From positions 523-64,522 of the forward strand of contig CAUJEE010000124.1 in the NCBI GenBank assembly GCA_963169215.1: a stretch of 64,000 bases of DNA, in the 5' to 3' direction. A model generated the notes under the pieces. That model searched no databases, was not told the origin of the DNA, and was given only the letters and a program-made list of their open reading frames with translations. The DNA is from Actinomycetota bacterium (GTDB taxonomy: Bacteria; Actinomycetota; Acidimicrobiia; Acidimicrobiales; Ilumatobacteraceae). Both the position numbers and the translations under genes were made by a program. This document shows, piece after piece, positions 38,788 to 46,721 of this stretch (positions are counted from its first letter, which is position 1; every line of letters begins with the position of its first letter).

Positions 38788-39357
38788 TCAGGAAGCAGAG
38801 CCGGTGGGTGGGCCACCCGCGTCGGCGGCGTTCGCGCCGCGGGCCTTCTTACCGGCAGGCGGCGACTGACCGCGGAACGCCCGCGACAACAGAGGCGAGC
38901 GAGCCTGCAGCAACCCGTCGAGGTCGTCGTTCTCGTCGAACTTCGGCCGCCACGGCGAGAACGGCGTCGGGTCGACCGGTTCAGCGCTGCCCTGGCCGTC
39001 TGGTGCCGGTGTCGGGCGCGACTGCTCGGTGGGCACCAGTTCCAGCTGGCCGGTGTCGTCACCGCTCGCCTGACGGCGCGGACGACGACGGCGCGCCTTG
39101 GCCGGAGTAGGTGTTGCCGCAGCCTTCGTCGCGGACTCGGCGCGAAACAGTGGCGGAGCCGCTTCGCGTCGGTCTTCAAGCGACCAACCGCGGGGCACCA
39201 CCATCGCATCGGCATGTTGCCGGCACAGCGCCCCCACCCGCGCCGCCAGCGCCTCGTCGTACGCGTCGAGCCACACGGTGAGCGTGGTGGAGGACATGCC
39301 GTACAGCACCTCCGCCGGCTGCGTGCAGCCGGGCCGTTCGCAGTGCGACGCCATCAT
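38788..39357 (-). CDS. DUF3499-like actinobacterial protein
   Basis: MMASHCERPGCTQPAEV...LCRQHADAMVVPRGW, followed by a Pro/Arg-rich tail. Confidence 0.6.
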   Translation of the reverse strand: MMASHCERPGCTQPAEVLYGMSSTTLTVWLDAYDEALAARVGALCRQHADAMVVPRGWSLEDRREAAPPLFRAESATKAAATPTPAKARRRRPRRQASGDDTGQLELVPTEQSRPTPAPDGQGSAEPVDPTPFSPWRPKFDENDDLDGLLQARSPLLSRAFRGQSPPAGKKARGANAADAGGPPTGSAS

Positions 39358-39406
39358 CGCGAACCTACTCTGCACCCGCCCAGCCGGGCGCCGCGGGTTG
39401 CAGCCG

Positions 39407-40315
39407 CTACGCGTCGGGATCGCCGGCGGCGAGACGCTCGAAGTAGGTGCGCAGCGTAGTGGTGCCGAGCGGCGGGCCGACACCGTCGACCTCGCCCGCG
39501 ACGACGATGAACTCGGCCAGGTCGCCGATCTGCTTGGAGAGGCGGCGCAGCACCCGCACCAATCCGCGGGCGACGCGCATCGACACCACCGTGATCTTCA
39601 CCCGCTTGCCCACGACGGCGAACGCCAACTCGGCCGCCTCGCGTTGGGTCATCACTTCCGGCCCTCCGGCCACAACCTCCACGCTGCTGCGCTCCACTGC
39701 GTCGACGCAGATCGTGGCCAGGTCGCGGCCGTGAATCGGGCTCATCCGGTTGCTGCCGTCACCCACCAGGAACACCCGGCCGCGTCGGGCCATGGTGAGC
39801 AGCGCGCCCATGTCGGAGAAGTAGCCGCAGGGACGAATGATGCGGTGCTCGAGGCCAGAGGCACGCAGCTCGGCCACCACCGCCTCGTGTGCCCTGGTGA
39901 TCGCCAGATCGGCCAGCGCGGCGTCACTGGCGCCTTGCAGCGAGACGTACTCGAACAGCTGCACGTCGGCTGCCGTGGCCAGGTCGATCAACGTCTTGTT
40001 GCACTGGTGATCTACCTGCTCGAAGGTCAACCGGTCGCGCTGGCGCGAGATGCCCACGCTGGAGAACACGATGTCGATCCCGTCCATCACGCCCGCGAGC
40101 GTGGCGGGCTTGGTCAGCTCGCCGACAAACACCTCGTCGACATCGTCCACCCCGATGGCGGGCGCGGTGAACGGGCCGCGGGCGCGCAACCGCTCCTCGC
40201 TGCGCGTGAGGGCGCGTACCCAATAGCCACGCGCCTTGAACTCCCGCACGACGAACTTGCCCACATAGCCGGTCGCCCCGGCCACCAGCACTCGCCTGCC
40301 GCCGGTTTCGTCCAC
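39407..40315 (-). CDS. NAD(P)-binding atypical SDR / NmrA-like protein
   Basis: Rossmann motif VLVAGATGYVGKFV. Confidence 0.75.
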   Translation of the reverse strand: MDETGGRRVLVAGATGYVGKFVVREFKARGYWVRALTRSEERLRARGPFTAPAIGVDDVDEVFVGELTKPATLAGVMDGIDIVFSSVGISRQRDRLTFEQVDHQCNKTLIDLATAADVQLFEYVSLQGASDAALADLAITRAHEAVVAELRASGLEHRIIRPCGYFSDMGALLTMARRGRVFLVGDGSNRMSPIHGRDLATICVDAVERSSVEVVAGGPEVMTQREAAELAFAVVGKRVKITVVSMRVARGLVRVLRRLSKQIGDLAEFIVVAGEVDGVGPPLGTTTLRTYFERLAAGDPDA

Positions 40316-40479
40316 GGCACGACCCTACGCCGCCGGCAGACGGGCCACAGCACCACTACGCCCCGCGCCGCCCCCAGAGCGCCCCTGTCCATGGGCGCGA
40401 TTCCTCCCAGACGCTGGGGGCAATCGCACCCGTGGGCGCGGAGTCCATCGAGTGCGGGATCAATCGCGCCCAATACTGT

Positions 40480-40555
40480 TGGTGGGCGCAGAGGGACTCG
40501 AACCCCCGACATCTTCCTTGTAAGGGAAGCGCTCTACCAGCTGAGCTATACGCCC
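40480..40555 (-). tRNA. tRNA-Val (anticodon UAC), CCA encoded
   Basis: Minus strand: GGGCGTATAGCTCAGCTGGTAGAGCGCTTCCCTTACAAGGAAGATGTCGGGGGTTCGAGTCCCTCTGCGCCCACCA. It folds as a cloverleaf with loop CTTACAA. Confidence 0.9.
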
Positions 40556-40595
40556 GCGGACGGGACAATCAGGCTACCCGCCCGCGCTGGGCGCG

Positions 40596-41351
40596 CTACT
40601 CGGCGCGGGCTGCGAGCAGCGCGGCGAGCAACTCGGGAGTGGCCGCGGCCACGGGGGTGCGACGGGCGGCGTGCTCGAGCACCATCAGGTCGCGGCCGTG
40701 CAGGTCGGCGACCGCGCCGCCGGCCTCCTGCACGATGAGCGCGCCGGCCATGTAGTCCCACGGGCCGTGGGCCTCCACGTCGAAGTCGACATAGCCGTCG
40801 AGCGTGCCTGCGGCCACCTGACACAAGTCGAGCGCGACCGCGCCGAAGATGCGCGACTGGCAGGCCGCGAACGGGCGTGAGGGCAGCGCATTGAGTCCGA
40901 CCAGTGCCTCGGACATGTCGCGGCAACCCGAAGGCCGCAACTCCGACCCACCGCCCAACAGCGCCCCGTCACCGCGCCAGGCGCCTGCGCCGCGCACGGC
41001 CCACCACCGCTCGCCAGTGGCCTGGTTGGCCACCAGCGCCGCCTGCGCCCCGTCGGCGCCCACCCAGCACAGCGAGGTGCCAAACCACGGCACACCGCGG
41101 CTGGCGTTGGTGCTGCCGTCGATCGGGTCAACGACGATCGCATCCACGCCGGCACCCGGCTGCCATCCGCTCTCCTCCGACAGCACACCCAGCCCGGCGC
41201 GCCGGATCACCCCGATCGCGGCCTCGTCGGCCACCAGATCGAGCGCGTACTGCCCCTCGCGCTGCCCCGACGGCCCAAAGTCGCGTACCTCGCGGAAGGC
41301 CGTGGCCACTGCGTCGGCGATCTCGTGCAGCAGGCGCAGGCGGTCGTCCAT
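40596..41351 (-). CDS. Inositol monophosphatase family protein (IMPase, HisN or CysQ type undetermined)
   Basis: DPIDGSTN and WDYMAGALIVQEAGG. ATG 41351. Confidence 0.8.
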   Translation of the reverse strand: MDDRLRLLHEIADAVATAFREVRDFGPSGQREGQYALDLVADEAAIGVIRRAGLGVLSEESGWQPGAGVDAIVVDPIDGSTNASRGVPWFGTSLCWVGADGAQAALVANQATGERWWAVRGAGAWRGDGALLGGGSELRPSGCRDMSEALVGLNALPSRPFAACQSRIFGAVALDLCQVAAGTLDGYVDFDVEAHGPWDYMAGALIVQEAGGAVADLHGRDLMVLEHAARRTPVAAATPELLAALLAARAE

Positions 41352-41393
41352 CACCCACACACGGTAATCTCGACGTCGTCGGCATCCACCTGC

Positions 41394-41448
41394 GCCGAAC
41401 CAGCCGAACCAAGCCGAACCAAGCCGAACCAAGCCCAACCAACCGAAA
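41394..41448. repeat. Tandem 10-bp repeat GCCGAACCAA, about 5.5 copies
   Basis: gccgaacca gccgaaccaa gccgaaccaa gccgaaccaa gcccaaccaa ccgaa, lying in the 111-nt divergent intergenic region. Confidence 0.9.
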
Positions 41449-41462
41449 GGGGCCGACCAGCC

Positions 41463-42029
41463 GTGGCAGTAATCGACGTCGCCGGATTCGTGGCCGACCT
41501 CAAGGGCCACGCGGTCGATCACGGCTTCCACGTGCACGACGAGCGGCACTTCGTCGAGACCTACTCGCTGCGCCAACTGTGGGAGGTCGACCTGCACCCG
41601 GAGGAGGCCTGCAACGGCCCGATCGACTTGCACCTGTCGCTGGAGGTCGACCCGCGGGCGCTGCTCGGGTTCGAGGACGAGGTGCTCAAGCTCGACGACC
41701 CGGAGGACGACCCGCCCACCGGGTTCACCTTCCCGCTGATCTTCACTTGGACCCTGCCCCCGCTGCCCCACCCGCCCGACCTGTTGGTGCTGGCCACCGA
41801 ACTGGCCGGCGTCGGCGGCGTCGGGTTGCCGCTGGAGGTGTCGGCGATCGACTCGTTCGCCAGCGTCACCGACGCCCCCGAGCGCAGCCTGTCGATCGTC
41901 GCCCGCATACCCGTCGATCTCGCCGACGTGTACCTCGCCGAGGACAAAGCCTTCTGCGACACTCTCGACCGCTGCCGCGAGGCCAGCCTGTTCCTGCTCG
42001 ACCGTGCCGGCCACTGGCTCGGTGAATGA
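41463..42029 (+). CDS. Hypothetical protein (188 aa), family not recognised
   Basis: GTG 41463 lies 10 nt after GAAAGGGG. The protein is acidic and Pro-rich with coding-like composition. Its stop overlaps the next ATG. Confidence 0.55.
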   Translation: MAVIDVAGFVADLKGHAVDHGFHVHDERHFVETYSLRQLWEVDLHPEEACNGPIDLHLSLEVDPRALLGFEDEVLKLDDPEDDPPTGFTFPLIFTWTLPPLPHPPDLLVLATELAGVGGVGLPLEVSAIDSFASVTDAPERSLSIVARIPVDLADVYLAEDKAFCDTLDRCREASLFLLDRAGHWLGE

Positions 42030-42319
42030 AAGGGCGCGAGATGCGCGTGCGTGAACTGATCGACATCCTCAAGGACCAACCACCCGACGCCGAGGTAGAG
42101 CTGGCGGTGGTGGCACCGGTGACCGACGACGACGACGACGAGATCACCGTCGACCGCTACGGCATCGACGGCATGCTGCCCTGGCACGACGAGGACGACG
42201 ACGGCAACGACGAAGAGTTGGTGATCTGGCTGGTGGGTGGCGAGGCCGACGACGTGGAGGCCTTCCTCGACGCGATCGAGCACCAAGGCCCAGGAGCCGA
42301 CAACAGCCTCGGAGCCTGA
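42026..42319 (+). CDS. Small, very acidic hypothetical protein (97 aa)
   Basis: ATG 42026 overlaps the upstream stop (ATGA). Sequence: MRVRELIDILKDQPPDAEVELAVV...DDDDDE...DEDDDGNDEE. Confidence 0.5.
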   Translation: MKGREMRVRELIDILKDQPPDAEVELAVVAPVTDDDDDEITVDRYGIDGMLPWHDEDDDGNDEELVIWLVGGEADDVEAFLDAIEHQGPGADNSLGA

Positions 42320-42360
42320 CCCCGTCGGAGCACTCCCGGCGCTGCCGACGCGCTCTGTGC

Positions 42361-42990
42361 TCAGGGCCGCCGGGCGTAGAAGGCGAAGCCGAACACCTCG
42401 AAGGCGCGCGCCTTCTCCTCGCCTTGGGCGCCGCCGAACGTGTCGACCGGTGGGCCGATCTTCACGTCGGTGAAGCCAATCTCTTCGAGCATCTTCTGCC
42501 AGCCCTCACGGGGCAGCCCGCCGGCAATTCAACCGGTCCACAGGTCGACGTCGCGTATCGCCTCCTCGGGCACCGGACGGCCGTTGGCGATGTCGGCGAA
42601 CTGCAGCGTGCCCCCTGGACGCAGCACTCGGAACACCTCTCCCAGCGTGGCGGCTTTGTCGGCGCAGAGGTTGAACACGCCGTTGGAGATCACCACGTCG
42701 GCCCAGCCATCTTCCACCGGCAGCTCCTCGGCGTAGCCCTCGCGGAAGTCGACGTGGGAGAACTCGAGGTGGATGGCCGTGGCCCGCGACTTCTCGAGCA
42801 TCTCCGGTGTCATGTCGACCCCCACCACCGCCCCGTCGCGCCCCACCGCCAGCGCTGCGACGAACGAGTCGAAGCCGGCACCCGAGCCGACGTCGACCAC
42901 CCGTTCGCCGGTGAGCAGCGCTCGCAGCGAGAACGGATTGCCGACGCCGGCGAAGGATTCGACTGCCCGGTCGGGCAGCCTGTCCACCAC
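42361..42990 (-). CDS. ArsM-like class I SAM methyltransferase interrupted by one in-frame TGA (42529-42531); candidate selenocysteine codon, otherwise a pseudogene
   Basis: VVDVGSGAGFD, VGVDMTPEML, VLRPGGTLQF, ...DVDLWTG-TGA-IAGGLPREGWQKMLEEIGFTDVKIG...FGFAFYARRP-stop. The start is uncertain (GTG 42990 or CTG 43026). Confidence 0.7.
42496..42516 (-). other. SECIS-like hairpin downstream of the in-frame UGA
   Basis: CUGCC-CC-GUGA-GG-GCU-GGCAG. The loop G and U fall at +23/+24 counted from the U of UGA. Confidence 0.4.
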
Positions 42991-43029
42991 AGCCGGGTCG
43001 TACCCGAGGATCGCCGCCGCGCTCAGTGA

Positions 43030-44460
43030 TCAGGCGTCGAGCACGCTGGCCGCGGGCAGCAGGGTGACGTCGAAGAAGGCGAAGAACTCCTTGGCCGACT
43101 TGCGCAGATAGCGGTAGGTGTTGCTACCCATCCGCCGGTCGAGGAACACCGGCTGCAGCGAGCCATCGGCGTTGTGCACGAAGGTGAAGAAGTTGGGCCA
43201 GGTGCCATTGATGTCGAGCTGCACCGCCTTGACGCAGCCGACGTTGATCAACGACTGCGCCATCTGCCCGGCATCGACCTTGCCCACCAGCAGGTAGGCG
43301 AGGCGTCCGTCGCCCAGTTCGCACACCGCCGAGCGGTTGACGTACACCTCGCGGCCGTAGTCGGCACCCCACCACACATCCCTGGTGGATTCGGCGCCCA
43401 CCATCGACACGCCACCATCGACCATCAGCTTCAGGTTCTGGCGAATACTCACCCACGAGCCGTCGTCGACGATCTCGCGCCCGAGTTCGCCGATCACCAT
43501 CTTGCCGTCGCGACCGATGGCGATCGTCGCCTCACCGACGAGCAGTGGCTTGAGCACCTGCCCCTCGGTCACATACCCGCCGCGGATGTGCTCGAAGCGA
43601 AAGCCGCTGTTCATCGCCACCACCAATGAGGCGTAGAGCTCGGTGGGCACGTGGTCGTCGCGCGTCCAACTGCCGCCAGGCTCCTCGTCGCCGTTGAACA
43701 TCGCCGCGCGCAGGTAGGTCTGGTCGATCACCGCCATCGATGCCACCACGCCTCCCGCGGCCGGGAAGGGGCGGATGCTCGTCGCCCACACCGCTGGTTG
43801 GCCACCGGCGGTGGCGATCGCGGTCCACTGCCCCTCGCCCGCGAGGGCGGGGGCGAACCAGGTGGGCAGCGGCGCGGGGGCCGCTGGCACGGGGATGGTG
43901 GTCGGTGGTGGGGCGGTGGACTCGGGAGGTTCGGGGTTGGCCGGGGTGGTGGTCGTAGTGGTGCGGGCGGTCAGCTCGTCGTCGAGCGACAACTCGTCAG
44001 CCGGTTCCACCGAGGGGGGTTGGTCGTAGGTCTGCGCCTCCAGCCAGTCGATGATCGGCCCGTACCCGTGGTCGCGACCCCAGGTGGCCATCCGCTGCTG
44101 CAACGGGTCGGCGGTGTTGTGGCGAGTGACGTACAACAACAGCGACGTGGCGTTCCACAAGCCGAACGCGACGACGAGCGCGCCCGCCACCACCCAACCC
44201 GTGCGCCGCTGCCTGGCCGACGACACGCCAGCCGAGCCTTGCCCAAGCCTGTGCCGCGACAGGGTCACCGCCAGCGCCGCCATCGCGAGCAGCGCCCCGG
44301 TGGCCAGTGCTCCCAGACCTCCGGTCAGCCACATGCCCCAGATCGCGGTGGCCGTCAGCCCGACGAGCAGCGTCAGCGACACCCATGGGCGCAGCCGCCG
44401 AGCGGCTCGGCGCAGCGCAGGCATCGACTCGTTCGCGGCGCGCGCGGGCGGGCTGGTCAT
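43030..44460 (-). CDS. Membrane-anchored phosphodiester glycosidase family protein (DUF2233/NAGPA-like)
   Basis: N-terminal TM segments and a Thr/Pro linker, then IRQNLKLMVDGG...RSAVCELGDGRLAYLLVG...AVQLDINGTW. The start at 44460 is preferred because 44550 would overlap sodA. Confidence 0.7.
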   Translation of the reverse strand: MTSPPARAANESMPALRRAARRLRPWVSLTLLVGLTATAIWGMWLTGGLGALATGALLAMAALAVTLSRHRLGQGSAGVSSARQRRTGWVVAGALVVAFGLWNATSLLLYVTRHNTADPLQQRMATWGRDHGYGPIIDWLEAQTYDQPPSVEPADELSLDDELTARTTTTTTPANPEPPESTAPPPTTIPVPAAPAPLPTWFAPALAGEGQWTAIATAGGQPAVWATSIRPFPAAGGVVASMAVIDQTYLRAAMFNGDEEPGGSWTRDDHVPTELYASLVVAMNSGFRFEHIRGGYVTEGQVLKPLLVGEATIAIGRDGKMVIGELGREIVDDGSWVSIRQNLKLMVDGGVSMVGAESTRDVWWGADYGREVYVNRSAVCELGDGRLAYLLVGKVDAGQMAQSLINVGCVKAVQLDINGTWPNFFTFVHNADGSLQPVFLDRRMGSNTYRYLRKSAKEFFAFFDVTLLPAASVLDA

Positions 44461-44497
44461 CGGCCCGATGCTAGGTGCACGCCTCGGCCGGGTGGGC

Positions 44498-45100
44498 TCA
44501 GCCGCGCCTCGCGGCGGCGAGCCGGGCCGCCACGTTGCCCCAGTCGACAATCGTCCACAGCGCTTCCACGTAGTCGGCCTTCACGTTCTTGTACTGCAGG
44601 TAGAAGGCGTGCTCCCAGATGTCGAACACCAGCAGCGGGGTGGTGCTCGGCGAGTGGTTGGCCTGGTGATCCTGGATCTGCTCCACCAACAGTCGCCCGC
44701 TGAGCGAGTCGTAGGAGAGCGCGCCCCATCCAGAGCCCTGCACGGTGTTGGTCGCCGCAGTGAGGTGCGCGCGAAACTTCTCGAAGCCACCGAAGTCGCG
44801 GTCGATCGCCTCGCCCAACGCCCCCTCTGGCCGGTCGCCGCCATCGGGTGAGAGGTTGGTCCAGTAGATCGAGTGCAGCGTGTGCCCGGCGAGATGGAAG
44901 GCAAGCGTCTTCTCCAGGCCGACGATCGAACCGTAGGAGCCGGCCTCGCGAGCCTCGGCCAGTTGCTCGAGCACGGTGTTCGCGCCGGTGACGTAGGCGT
45001 TGTGGTGCTTTCCATGGTGCAGCTCGATGATCGACCCGCTGATCGCCGGTTCGAGCGCCGAGTAGTCGTAGGGCAGATCGGGGAGTGTGTAGACAGCCAT
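44498..45100 (-). CDS. sodA: Fe/Mn superoxide dismutase
   Basis: [33 protein letters not shown]. Confidence 0.95.
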   Translation of the reverse strand: MAVYTLPDLPYDYSALEPAISGSIIELHHGKHHNAYVTGANTVLEQLAEAREAGSYGSIVGLEKTLAFHLAGHTLHSIYWTNLSPDGGDRPEGALGEAIDRDFGGFEKFRAHLTAATNTVQGSGWGALSYDSLSGRLLVEQIQDHQANHSPSTTPLLVFDIWEHAFYLQYKNVKADYVEALWTIVDWGNVAARLAAARRG

Positions 45101-45165
45101 GCAGGAATCGTACCGGCGGGCGGCATGCCCGCCGGTCAGGTGGTTGACGGCCGCTGGCTTTCGCG

Positions 45166-45238
45166 TGGGGCGGGTGGGGATCGAACCCACGACCGAGGGA
45201 TTATGAGTCCCCTGCTCTGACCACTGAGCTACCGCCCC
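45166..45238 (-). tRNA. tRNA with CAU anticodon (elongator Met, or Ile2 if lysidinylated); CCA not encoded
   Basis: Minus strand: GGGGCGGTAGCTCAGTGGTCAGAGCAGGGGACTCATAATCCCTCGGTCGTGGGTTCGATCCCCACCCGCCCCA. Confidence 0.85.
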
Positions 45239-45337
45239 GAAGCGGTTGACGACAGGCTCACGATACGGCCTGGCACAGACCCGACACAGACCCGACCGTG
45301 AACGGCGAACGGCCCGCACTGGGCGGGCCGCCGGCGC

Positions 45338-45413
45338 TGGCTCCGAGAGCAGGGCTCGAACCTGCGACCCGCTGATTAACAGTCAGCTGCTCTGCCAACT
45401 GAGCTATCTCGGA
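45338..45413 (-). tRNA. tRNA-Asn (GUU), CCA encoded
   Basis: Minus strand: TCCGAGATAGCTCAGTTGGCAGAGCAGCTGACTGTTAATCAGCGGGTCGCAGGTTCGAGCCCTGCTCTCGGAGCCA. Confidence 0.9.
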
Positions 45414-45444
45414 AAGGCAACCAGAGGATAGCAACCGGCCGCGA

Positions 45445-46716
45445 TCACTCCTCCTCCAAAAACTCCTTCAGCCGCTGGCTGCGCATCGGGTGGCGCAGCT
45501 TGGCGAGGGTCTTGGCCTCGATCTGGCGGATGCGCTCCCGGGTGACGCCGAACTCCTTGCCGACATCCTCCAGCGTGCGCGCCTGGCCGTCGTCGAGGCC
45601 GAAGCGCATGCGCACGATCTCCTGCTCGCGCTCGCTCAACTCGCCCAGCGCCTCCTCCACCGCCTGGGTGAGCATGCGCTTGGTGGCCATGTCGGCGGGG
45701 GCGTCGGCCGACAGGTCTTCGATGAAGTCGGCCAGGTTCGAGTCGTCCTCCTCCCCCACCGGCGAATCGAGCGACAGCGGGTCTTGGCTGATGCGCAGTA
45801 TCTCGCGCACCCGCTCGAGGGTTATCCCACAGCGGTCGGCCAGCTCCTCCAGCGTCGGCTCACGCTCGAGCTCCTGGTGCATCTGGCGCTGCGTGCGTAG
45901 CACGCGGTTCATGCTCTCCACCATGTGTACCGGAATGCGGATGGTGCGCGCCTGGTCGGCGATGCTGCGCGTGATCGCCTGACGGATCCACCACGTGGCG
46001 TAGGTCGAGAACTTGAACCCCTTCGTGTGGTCGAACTTGTCGACCGCCCGCATCAGGCCGAGGTTGCCTTCCTGGATCAGGTCGAGGAACTGCATGCCGC
46101 GACCGCTGTAGCGCTTGGCGATGCTCACCACCAACCGCAGGTTGGCCTGGATCAGTTCGCTCTTGGCCCGCTGGCCGGCACCCACCGTGCGCAACAACCG
46201 TCTCTGCCCGGCAGCGTCGATCGCGGCCCCCTCGTGCACTGTGTCGAGCACCACTGCCGCCCGGTTGCCGTCGTCGATCGCCTGCGCCAGCCGCCGCTCG
46301 TCCTCGGCGGTGAGCAGGTCGACCCGCCCGATCTCCTTCAAGTACATGCGCACCGTGTCGTTGGTGCCCATGTCGTGGCGGTCGGCGTTCATCCGCTCGG
46401 CGCGTCGGCGGCGTCGACGGGCCAGGAGGCCGTCGGTCTCCTCCACCGCATCGGGGCGATCGACTCCCGCGGGCGGGGTCTCCTCGGGCAGTTCGTCGAC
46501 GCGCTCGTCGATGGCGACGCCGAGACCGGCCAGCACGTGCTGCACCTCCAGCAAGACCTCGCTGGTGAGCTCGACCTTGCGCAGCACGTGGGCGATCGAT
46601 TCGGCGTGCAGCACTCCCCCGGCGACCCCGCGCTCGACCAACGCCTGCCACTCGTCGGCGTCGATCTCCGCGCAAGGTGGTGGCACGGTGCCCGCGTCGA
46701 ATGTGCCGTCGCTCAC
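45445..46716 (-). CDS. rpoD: Primary-type sigma-70 factor
   Basis: [55 protein letters not shown] 46716 lies 5 nt after the dnaG stop. Confidence 0.9.
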   Translation of the reverse strand: MSDGTFDAGTVPPPCAEIDADEWQALVERGVAGGVLHAESIAHVLRKVELTSEVLLEVQHVLAGLGVAIDERVDELPEETPPAGVDRPDAVEETDGLLARRRRRRAERMNADRHDMGTNDTVRMYLKEIGRVDLLTAEDERRLAQAIDDGNRAAVVLDTVHEGAAIDAAGQRRLLRTVGAGQRAKSELIQANLRLVVSIAKRYSGRGMQFLDLIQEGNLGLMRAVDKFDHTKGFKFSTYATWWIRQAITRSIADQARTIRIPVHMVESMNRVLRTQRQMHQELEREPTLEELADRCGITLERVREILRISQDPLSLDSPVGEEDDSNLADFIEDLSADAPADMATKRMLTQAVEEALGELSEREQEIVRMRFGLDDGQARTLEDVGKEFGVTRERIRQIEAKTLAKLRHPMRSQRLKEFLEEE

Positions 46717-46721
46717 TCGCC

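Noticed and set aside
40356-40568. A 70-aa ORF on the minus strand.
   Set aside because: It is simply a translation across tRNA-Val and its flank.
43027-43032. The glycosidase gene and the ArsM-like methyltransferase lie in the same frame, separated by a single TGA, which hints at a read-through fusion or a second Sec codon.
   Set aside because: No conserved Cys is expected at a protein C-terminus, no hairpin follows, and the two proteins are unrelated modules. This is most simply an ordinary stop. It does leave the methyltransferase start ambiguous (CTG 43026 versus GTG 42990).
45166-45238. Initiator tRNA-fMet.
   Set aside because: The acceptor stem starts with a paired G1-C72, and the anticodon stem lacks the three consecutive G-C pairs of initiators. 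I therefore called it an elongator Met (or Ile2).
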